Part shown: positions 49,590 to 60,000 of the stretch, piece by piece
How positions within the stretch are numbered: position 1 is the stretch's first letter
How the letters are laid out: each line of letters starts with the position of its first letter
NCBI GenBank assembly: GCA_051294905.1
Contig: CM119371.1
Location: 6,016,001 to 6,076,000 of the forward strand
Length of the DNA: 60,000 nt
Reading direction: 5' to 3'
Origin: Botryllus schlosseri
Lineage: Eukaryota
Position numbers and translations under genes: made by a program
Notes under the pieces: model-generated
Told to the model about the DNA's origin: nothing
The model's input: the letters and a program-made list of their open reading frames with translations, nothing else
Databases searched by the model: none

Positions 49590-49957
49590 AATGTAATCAC
49601 AGTCACAGTGTAGCTACAACTCGTCGCGTCGCTTTTCCGAACGCGCGTAATCAGTATTAATAATTTCGAATGTATTGCAGTATTCACCTCACCGGCGACG
49701 CGTAATTCATAATTGTCGCGTGGTCCGCGATCTCATCAAATCTAGAACTCTATTAGGTCTATGCTTCAACAATTGGATGCTTAATCTCACGCATTCACCG
49801 ATACACGGCAACGCAACTTTGATCTACAATTTGACGGCTTAATATCAACAAAGAACGAAGAAATAGCAACAGGTTATCTGAAGAACACTGTATTCAAACG
49901 GCATTCTTCAATCTACGCTAACATTTTTTGCTAAAATCCTTTAACACAGCCAATTGG

Positions 49958-50204
49958 CCGGGCCTATTGCAGATGCGGTTCTTCAAGCCAGTAGAACTAG
50001 GCTTGTTAAAGACGTGATAAATCAGGCTAGCAACGATTGCACCCATAGCACGGCAAAAACTAGCGAGAATCGATCTCGCTGAGATGATTGCGAAATTAAG
50101 TCATCGATTGGCGCGCGCTCGGCAATCGTTGCTAGCCTGATTTATCACGTCTCTAACAAGACTAGTTCTACTGGCTTGAAGAACCGCATCTGCAATAGGC
50201 CCGG
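49958..50204. mobile_element. Foldback MITE with ~83-bp inverted arms
   Basis: ccgggcctattgcagatgcggttcttcaagcc...ggcttgaagaaccgcatctgcaataggcccgg. Confidence 0.85.
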
Positions 50205-50296
50205 TGCGAACTATACCATCGCATTTGCTTTGCCTGTCCCGCACCATATCATCGTTGGCTTACACAACAATCGCATCCGCAATATGCCTGATACCA

Positions 50297-52419
50297 CACT
50301 GTAAAAAATCTGGTAGATTTACTGGGAAATCTCTGTAAATTTTACAACGAATTACCGGTCGCAGCCAATAACTGTGCGTAGCTTGTAATTTTACATTTTG
50401 ATATGTGATATTACCTTTGTTTAGCTGTGAAGTCAAGTTGCCAGAATTTCCTCGCAAAATTACTGACAGTTACTCGTAACTGCAGTTTACAAGGCTATTG
50501 GGAAGATTGATTAGCTTCATAATCGCTGCAGCCAATATATACGTGGAAATGAATGTTACTGATATATCATTCTCGTGGTGATTTGACTTGATTCAACCTT
50601 GTTCGCGAAACTGGGGTCTGTCGTACGGAAATTGTTGGCCCAAGTACCAATTTCAGTATAGTACATAGTAAGTAGGGTACAAGAAACAACTGACAATCGT
50701 AGCTAATGTAGTTACACCATAGCCATTATAATATATTATAAGGCTATATGGCTATACGGCCGTTCTCGCTGGTTACATTCGTTGTTACGGATACGGCTGA
50801 TATGTTAGAAAATCAGTTTAGGATGTATAATATTGTTCGGGAAACTAGAAATATCAGCACCGCATGCTCAGTTGACCATTTGCTAATGGCGGACAAGGCG
50901 ACCTGTAATAGGTTACAATAGGTTACCGTTACGCGTTACTGGTTTTCTGAGATTTGTAGTAAACAGCCAACGCACAACTGTGACATCACAAGGAGCGTCT
51001 CGTTTAGTAAGTACAGAAAGTAGTGAACAACACTTGGGATAAATATCAATTTATACGAAATTAGACGGAAAAGAAAGGAACTATATGTACTGATAAATGT
51101 TTCTGTATGAAAGAGAAATAACCTAAGTCAAACATTATAACGTGGCCAGCAAATATTATTGGTGGCATGTCAGCGCATGAATACGACTTATTTCGAAATC
51201 GTTCGAGTGTCGTATCGTCATCTGATCATTATTGAGATTTGAGCAAAGGGTGATGCGAAGCTTGTTGTGCTTGAAGAAAGTGGACACGATCGTGGAAGAT
51301 TCCTAGGAACGCTGAATGGGATACGCATCGTAAAAGGTACAGTACTACATAGTACTTGTTACCGTGAATATCTGCGACTGTGCAATGTGCACACCACTTT
51401 GATTTCATGATTGAAATATTTCATTCTCCGCATTCTCTGTTCTATTTTGGGATACTAGTCGACTTATATAGTGACCTGTGACACCACATACTCCGCCGCG
51501 GAGGAGTTGAAACTGTTGGCTTGTTTATGTCATTTTCGGGCCATAGCATAGAGATGTTTTCATCCACTGCTGGATTTATTTGGCACACATGCCACCTCAT
51601 ATCCAGAGTGGAATTGGTGAGGATGAGGAACCTTTTGCTTCAATACATTGATAAAGTAAGTCATGAATCTCTGCTATATCATGTACAAGGCGGAGCCTTC
51701 ATCACACAATGTACCAGTACCGGTACTTCAAAACATGTTACCGTATATTTTTGTTTGCTTATTTGTCTTGGCAGTCTTTATAATGTCATGTCTAGGTTAG
51801 GAACTTTGCTTTATATAGCGACTTACTCATGAATTCTTTTTAGTGGAACTGCAAGACACTAGTTACACAGAAGGAATGAGGAAGATAAAAAGAAACAATT
51901 GGAAGTTTCGCCGGTGGTGGAATTAATTCACCTTTTCTTGCGACCGCTCGTGTTACTGCATGTCTCCTAAAGAAGAATTAGACCTCCAGCAGCAATTCTT
52001 TTCCATCGATTACCACTTCATCGTGATATCAAGAATGAATATACAGTTTGTTCCAATGTCGTTTTGGGAGTGTGAAGAAAATTTTGCGATATTTTAACAT
52101 CGAGTTGCTTTGCGATAGGTATGGGTGTACGTGAATTTACAAGCTGGTATGTATCCTGATTTGCAAGGACAGCATGTAAGTAGGTAGGTAGGTAGGTAGG
52201 TAGGTAGGCGGTCTCGGTCTCAAATGTACAGGAGAACATGTAGATTGGATATACCCGGAGGGGACTGTAACATTACAGTCTGTCGTGTAAAGTGAGATTA
52301 CCGGACGAGTGTAAGTTGGATTTGCATTGACCAACGGTAATGTTAGATTACCACGAAATGTCTGGCTACCGTGCTTCCAAACATTTCGCGGTAAATCGAG
52401 GTTTTTATTTTTTACAGTG
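50297..52419. mobile_element. CACTG-type (CMC/EnSpm-like) non-autonomous element
   Basis: TIR CACTGTAAAAAAT...ATTTTTTACAGTG; flanked by CA on both sides (possible 2-bp TSD). Confidence 0.6.
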
Positions 52420-52742
52420 CAGGGCATGGTATGGTATGGTATGGAACGAGAATTTTCCATACTCCATACTTGCCTTACTCTCTCCATACCATACTTGCAA
52501 TTTTCCATACCATACCAACATTGTTCCATACCATACTTGATACATATTCCATACTTTCAAATACTTCAATATCATAAGTATAGTACCTTTTCTAGCACCT
52601 ATATTATTGATATTTCGGATGTCATTAATGCTTAAACTAGCCATGATGCGAATCTTACTCCTGGTAATAGTTTCACAGAGTCTGTTTTGGTGAGGTTTAG
52701 TTTACATTGGTGATGTGCCGTGTACCTTTACTCTGTCTACAG

Positions 52743-53658
52743 CAGTGGTTATCAACCGAGGGTCAGCGGACCCCTGGGGGTCCGTGAAGCATTTTCAGGG
52801 GGTCCGCGAAGCCTCTAAATTTGTAAAATGATTGACAACCTAATTTTTATTTTTTAATTAAGACAAGCATGAGCCTTTTTCGCTTCATAATAACTAAAAC
52901 TTTTGGAATCACATCATTGAAATGGTCGTCTGAGATGAAATATCCGACTGTGCAAACTCATTTTAATTGTAAAATTGCCAATAGCCTGCTGATGCAAACA
53001 TATTGCTGTTTAGAGATGTTTTGTTGGGCCTTGTGAAAAAATGAAATGTCGGAGATAGCAAGGTCAAGCAGGCAAACATGTCGGATTTGGAGTTGTCAGT
53101 CTCAGCAAATTAGTAAACAGTCGTTTGAAATAGAAATTCCTGAATTTGTTTTCCGCATCTGTCTCAATGAAGGAATTGAAACTTCGCCACGAAATCCATT
53201 TTCTCCTCTGATATACCACTAAATAACTTCAATATGATATGCTAGATAGAAATGACTGTAGGCTGGACGTGAAATGTTCATTAAAAACTCACACCAAATT
53301 CTATCATCGGAAGCGTTACGCGTTACTATTACATTCGCCACCAATACATCGTTCTGGAAATGGATTTTCGGCACTCATTCATATCAAGTCGAAGACGCGG
53401 ACTTTCAAGACAATAAATACAGCTGGAAAATTCCCTTCGAACTAATGAAAATAAACCCAATTTCTACATATAGTGTGCTGTTATTTTCAACAAAAGTCAT
53501 TTTGTGGCTGTTTATCACTAGTCTACATTTATTATTTGCACAAGACAGTTGACGGTTGCACGATAATTGAGCCAATTTTGAGCGAAAATTAGAGGGGGTC
53601 CGCGATGTCCGTGACGGTCCAAAAGGGATCCGCGAAGACAAAAGGTTGAGAACCACTT
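52743..53658. mobile_element. hAT MITE
   Basis: CAGTGGTTATCAACC...GGTTGAGAACCACT; TSD gtctacag/gtctacat; gggggtccgcg subterminal motifs. Confidence 0.85.
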
Positions 53659-53718
53659 GTCTACATCCTCCGCGAGCAAATTGAGATATTCAGATTTTTT
53701 ATCTAAGACCGTCAATAA

Positions 53719-54299
53719 AAGGGACTGGCAACATACGGCCCGCAACGACATTTTGTCTGGCCCGCGGACAGTTTCCCGTCTTACATGATAATGTGGCCCG
53801 AGGCCCCGGTCTGCCGAGATTCCCCACTACTTACCTAAACGCCAAATTTTAGTGACCGCATGTTAATATATAGGTCTGCGCACTGCGCAGCGTGCGAGAA
53901 TGGAGCTTGCGGATAAGTTCTTCGAAGCGAGAAGACTTGCATTATCGGCATTTACGATGTACTCAACCCTAATGAATTGATATTTTGGTAAATTTTGGGT
54001 AAAGGGGCTTATCAAACGCTTTCAAATCTTAATTAAGGATTGCACTCTGAGTTAGTTGGTCAGCAAGAAGCAGACATGGCGGCGCCTGTATGACAATGCT
54101 GTTCTCAAATCCACATTGTATTTTCATTATCGGCGAGAAATGGCTTTGAAGTGACATTGCTGTCGATAAAAGACATTCAATAAATACGATTTATTCCTTG
54201 TATATAAGGGCGAATAATTTATCCATTCAGCAATCCGGCCCGCCAAGTACTTAATTTTCCTATATCCGGCCCACCGACTAGAGAAGTTGCACGCCCCTG
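53719..54299. mobile_element. Degenerate hAT-like MITE with ggcccgc subterminal motifs
   Basis: gggactggcaacatacggcccgc...cggcccacc...gttgcacgcccctg. Confidence 0.55.
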
Positions 54300-56070
54300 C
54301 TCCATAAGAATATCATTGCATTTCAGGTACATTGGCATGAGGCACATGTAAGTTTGAAGTCAATACTATAGGCGCACCCATAAAATATCCCAGCTGCAGG
54401 CGATCAATACTACAGCGATCTGCGTGATTATTAGTACAGTATTTGGTTGGGGTTAGTGGCGAGAATTTCAAACTAAATCCATCCCATTCCCTGATCTATA
54501 ATCAGGGTTGCCATCGCCAGGGACCAAAAAATAAGGACAGTCAAAAATTAGATTAGCACGAAAAAGCGTTTTTGTACATATACTATGCATTTATACGAGG
54601 CGTGGCATATCACATTCCATACTTTTCGCCAGAAATAATCTACGTCAGCAACTCCTTGTCATTAGAAAGTGCTTCATGGACCTTCCGACATCTCAGGTCT
54701 AGGTTCACCTTTACTCAAGGCCGAAACAGCACTTTGTCAGCCCCCCTAAAAAAACCTTGGTCTTGACCCCCATAAAATAGGGTGATAAACCAAACTTCTT
54801 CACCTCGTTGAGATTGGAGGCGTCAACTAAGATTAAAAAAGTTTATACAAAATCATTTTTGAGCGTACGTAGCAAGAACTCCAGTAAGTTATTTATTATG
54901 TTGAAATCGGGAAATATTGCCGATTTTCAGACTTTGAGGTGTATTTCAAGGAGATTCCATTGCCCTGATTAGATTTAACGTATATTTGTTGGAATCAGTG
55001 CGACAGTATCTTTCAAATAAAATGAACATTATTGAATTTAAGCACGCGGGTCGTCAGCTATGGGATTAGCAATTATGTTGCGTTCAGATTGCTGAGCAAT
55101 AATTTCCTCCGGGCAAGCAAGCGTAGCAACGGGTGTCGCGTATCTATCCGTAGGTTAGTTATCTATAGCTAGATACCTTTGAATTCTCTCTCATAATCGT
55201 CACGAAAAACGTTGTTATGTCTACTCATTTTAACTAATCAGATTTAGCCTTATTAGTAGCTAAAACTAATTGCGCAAGTGCAATGTAATTTAGAAAAATT
55301 TATCAATTATTTATAGCTTCACTACTTTTTAACAAATGTGTCGACTGCACTGCTTTTTTTTACTACGCAAAAAATGCTGGCTTCCCCACACTTGAGCTTA
55401 TTCTGCTGTAGACCAAACAGCAGGAACCTGGTACTGCTGTTTACTGCTAAAATAACGTCCGCTTCTGTAGCTTGGAGGATGTTCATCAGGATATCTTTGA
55501 GGATGTCCATCAGAATGTCTTTGAGGATGTCCTACAGGACATCTTATATATATCCATTTCTGTCGACAAATGTATATATTTTGCACATAATCGAAGGACA
55601 TCTTTTGAACTCATGAAAGATGTTTAAAAAATATCTTTAATAAGTTTTGTGTTTGCTGGGTAGTATCGTACTCTTCAAGTTTGTTATTGTGGGGCGCTCG
55701 AAATGATGCCGCGGGCCGTATGTTGCGTCCCCCTACATTCGGGATCCACCTGAAGTTGGTTACTGTGTGAGCGAAGTATTCTTGCAAAGCAACAACACAG
55801 GCAAATTTATATTTGTTCGGTATGGACAATATTATAGAACAAGATATTTCCACTTGGAGAGAAGACGAAATTTGATGTCGCAAGGTTGGTCATTTTACAC
55901 TATCGTAAATCTCTGTCGCTATAATGCTCGTAATCGAATCAAATTTGACCTGCAATGTATTCTGGGTAACCCTAACAATTTCCTCACGTATCTGTAGAAA
56001 TTTGAAAAATTAAAAGTATAAAGAAGGTTTCCATATGGGGCAATCCTTCGCAGTAGGGGTCTCAGCTTTC

Positions 56071-56220
56071 CCGTGGCCACTTACTGGCCACAGATTTTTT
56101 TGTGGACGGCCACGAATTTCTCGTGGCCGGCCATGAAAATGCGTTGTCTCGTGGCCGGCCACAGTGAATTTCATGGCCGGCCATGAGAATTCATCGTGGC
56201 CGGCCACGAGTTCATGACCA
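56071..56220. repeat. Array of palindromic GTGGCCGGCCA motifs with variable spacers
   Basis: About six degenerate copies, probably transposon subterminal repeats. Confidence 0.7.
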
Positions 56221-58842
56221 GTTCGTGATTTTGGCATATCTAGTTGGATCAAAATCCGCCGTTGCATCCAATTTGACAATAGTCAACTAGATCTTCTTCA
56301 TTTACAATACGAACTTGCTGGTGGCAAGGTTTGTGTAGACGACTTCCACTATATATATATTCTCGCACGTACATAAGTTACATTACCACTTTATTGAGTA
56401 GTTTAGGGATGGGTTCAAAATTTGCACGGCTTTACACGTGTTACCTTCTCTTTACGCTGTAGAAATGAATTTAATTCCCACTGACTATTGAAAAAGTACT
56501 CTGGGACGGTGCGTTGTAAACTAACACCGAAAAATACGTTCCTTGAACTTTCTAGAATCTAGATATATATTTGATAAAGTAATGTATGAGCGTACTGCGT
56601 ACATCTTATTGCTCGGTCAGACAAACGTCTTTACATTAAAACTGCATGGTGTCCACACAGCTTCCACGCCAGGCGATCAACGCAATGAGATTGCGTGAAA
56701 GATAAAAGCGTGGTGCAAACTCGATAGCCTTGCAGTCTCTTATTCGCATCTCCATCGCCCAAGCCCATTAGCGATGGAAACGTAGATAATCTGACTCCCT
56801 GCCCCTCCTTCGTTTTTTTTACATAAAGAAGCCGTCATATTTTGATGATCTTGTCGCCATCGCATGCACTAGCCATCACTAATACCAGTGGTGTAGCCAG
56901 CGGGTGGGTTTTCAGGGGTCAAAAGCGCTCCCATTTCGAAGTTGTATTGATCGGTCACATTCCGAGAAAATAGCCGAAACAAAATACATGCTTTTCTAAG
57001 GACCAAGTGAAGTGCAAACATGATTGCACTGGTCGTTAACGTTTTTGTCATTGTGTGACGAGATCTCGCCATCGCGATCAACTCGGACAGACCCACAAGG
57101 ATGTTAAAGTACGCCGCATTGCATGGTGATTTGCTTCAAATCACCCCATCCAGCCTTTGAAGCATTGACTAGTATCGCTTGAGTCAGTACGGTCGTACCA
57201 AACACGGCGTCAATGAAAACAGGGCCTTAGAACAGTGGCTCCCAACATTGAGATCTGTAATCCACAGTGGTAGGGTTACCATACACCCTTTTTTAGTTGC
57301 GAGTGTGCAATCGCCCAGCAGCCAAATCTATAAAGGAGGATGAATTGCCAATTTTCGATTCATTGAAATGGATGGACAAATCCTCCTAAAGTAGGACGTA
57401 TGTACAATTGTACATAGTGGGGCATGTAACCTGAGTTTCGCAAAGTAAAGTGCAGCTGAGCTCCGCGTCGTATGCCCGAACTGAATCGAAGGACGCTGTT
57501 CCACTTTGGTTCACTTATTCTTTGTTGATGACATTACAGATACTTCATGGCGTGCATTGATACATTTCCCGAGACTTGTTTAGTCACTACACTTTTTCGC
57601 AAAGATAGTCATATCTCAATTGTTCTACTGGCAGTCACGCATGATTACATCAGTTCCTACAAAGCTATAGAACCTCAACGAACGATTTCTTGGCGCGAGA
57701 TATGTGGAAACTGACTGCATTCACCTAATACGTGACCAAATAGTAGCAGGCTATATCACTGCTCGGTATGGAATTGAAGCACCTCATGACATGTTTTCAC
57801 AATTCACTCACATGCCTTAAGCATGCCTTATACACACTGGTACGGTGCCAAAGCGGCCAAATCCACTAGTTTCATAGTTGGACTGTACTTATGTCCATCT
57901 TTTTTAGTTTGAGAGGCTGATGTCCACATTCTGGACATCAATATTGGCATCCATCCATTTTCAAATTGTGGGAGCCCGGTTATTCGAAAAAATAGGTAGG
58001 TCTACAATTGCTGAAAATTCATTCATATTAAATGAGACAGCTAGTGAAGTTAACTTATGCATACTTTTTTCAAATCAAATAGCAAAAAGTGGTTTTAGGT
58101 AGCAGTGAAGGCAGTGTGAAAACACAACCACTCGAATAAGCAGCAGGAGTAGGCAAAACCTACTCGAGTAATTCGAAAAAATAGAAGTCATTACACAACA
58201 TACGAGATCGGGTCAAGTGAATTACCGTACCGCAGACTGCAGACAAAAGTGAAATTTGATAAGCACGAAAAAAGGATGTCAAACTTATGGCCAGTGGACC
58301 AGAACTGACCCGTCGGGTAATTGTATTGTGGATCGAGAGGGCCTTGAATGTCTGATCAATAAATAGATTGTAAACGTGATGTGACAAAAGCGATATTTAT
58401 GCTATTGCCCAAGAAGCCAAACATACATATACACTGGTCGTCGTTTGAGGAAGTTCAAGGTGATGTCATTTGCGGATCACGTTTGCATGATAACTTTATG
58501 CGTGTGTTTTTATATACCACAGGTAATTATCATAGCGCTGCCAAGATTCTGGTGGAATTGGAGAAGACTTTACCGAATTTGTTGATGGTGAAGCTTCGAC
58601 GTGAGCAATTAGTTTGTCAGAAGTCTTTGTTTGACGATATGATAACTCCGGTGTTTTGCTGCAGCAAGCTGCCACCGGGGACGCTACGAGTTCATACTAC
58701 CAGAACTACTGGAACTATCAACAAAAGCCAGCAGAGGCAAGAATTGAGTATATTTTGGAAGAAAAAAATATCAATCATGATAAATATTTTTTGCTACAGG
58801 CAGCAGCCCAGCAGCAGTACCAACACAGTACACCAACAGTAC

Positions 58843-59020
58843 ACCAACAGTGAAAGAAATTTCATTGAATACAAATTGAATACCGCGGGTGCAGAAGCAA
58901 ATTGAAGAACGCTCACGAGATGGAAGCATAATACCAACAGTGAAAAAAATTTCATTGGATACAAATTGAATAACGCGGGTGCAGAAGCAAATTGAAGAAC
59001 GCTCACGAGATGGAAGCATA
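58843..59020. repeat. 90-bp tandem duplication
   Basis: accaacagtgaaa...gagatggaagcata at 58843 and 58933. Confidence 0.92.
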
Positions 59021-60000
59021 TTTCGTCTTTGTTCTCATCCACGAAACTCATAAACGTCGTAAAATTGTTTTGGATTGGATTTAACCATATCCGCCTGAAG
59101 TATATGAGCATGTCAGTTTTGGCCGGGGCCTGTCGGCTTTTGAAATCACTTACTTTGGTTCTTGGAGGCAGTGCGTATTTGGGCCTTTTCTGACCGTTGC
59201 TTGCCATTTTATGAGTGACTTTTGCTCGGATCTTAGCGTACCGTTTGGGTTTCCCATGTGGTTTTGATGGTTGCGCGCACACTTTCGGTGTCGAGGAGAC
59301 TAACGGCGGTGTTCGTCGGCAGAAGTCCTTCGCTGGTGACGATCCAAACGATATCTGTGATTGTAGCATTTTCAAATGGTTCGCTTGTTAATAAAGCGCA
59401 AAATGTGCAGTTACTTCGCTTAGCAGTTGATCTGTCGTCGTATCAAAGATGTCAGGCTTACGCCGTTTCCTAATATGCTTTGGTGATTTCGGATCGATGT
59501 TCTCCGGTTCCGCGATCGTTGGACTCTGGATCTGGAATTGCATGCATGCTCCCCAGCAAACACAGAATATATTGCATATATATTGTGTATATGTCTCAAC
59601 TACTTTAAAATATATCTAGTCATATGTATTGTTTATATAAATCTGTCGACACATTTGCACATATATAGGATATCTTCAAAGATACCCGTATGACATTGTC
59701 ATGATATCTTGCTTGACCCTAGACGACCCCCGACCCTAGGTGACCCCTGACCCTAGTTAGGTACCTGGACCTGCCACATCCTGCACTGCCCTTATCAAGG
59801 AAGACTGACTGATAATTTTACAAATCATGCATGGCTTTGTTCGTGTATTAAATCAGCACAGAACTGTGCAATCACTTCAGCAAATATTGCTGCCTAAGCA
59901 TAAGTTCGAAATCGTTGTCGGAATTGTCAGACTCTGTGATGACAGCCTTGTTCCTGTTATCTTCTTTATCGCCACCCTGTAACATAAACGAGTAGATTAG

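Noticed and set aside
56071..56220. CRISPR-like repeat-spacer pattern
   Set aside because: Repeats are only ~12 bp, spacers are short and irregular, there are no cas genes and the context is eukaryotic

Overview
Transposon-rich eukaryotic (animal) genomic DNA with spliceosomal introns, several of them only 56-67 nt long. The gene content suggests an invertebrate, possibly a tunicate or other chordate, but that is inference. Host genes, reconstructed by hand from splice sites: a multi-exon SoxH/Sox30-like HMG-box gene (minus, 24221-31488); an ectodysplasin-like type II TM-collagen-TNF ligand gene (minus, 40167-48383) whose last TNF exon I could not find; and one isolated insulin-receptor-family furin-like exon (17358-17527). 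Mobile DNA: a Zisupton/KDZ-like element with an 8-bp TSD splitting a Sola-like transposase, partly copied in a near-perfect 4209-bp tandem duplication; a very young Mag-like Ty3/Gypsy element with identical 255-bp LTRs but no RNase H; a minimal hammerhead ribozyme motif in a short dispersed repeat; many hAT-, Kolobok- and CACTG-type MITEs (one nested three deep); tRNA-derived SINEs; and LINE tails. I found no CRISPR array or prokaryotic system, and I cannot claim a wholly new system. The best leads are the hammerhead repeat, the RNase H-less but recently inserted LTR element, the Zisupton-like element and the atypical EDA-like gene.
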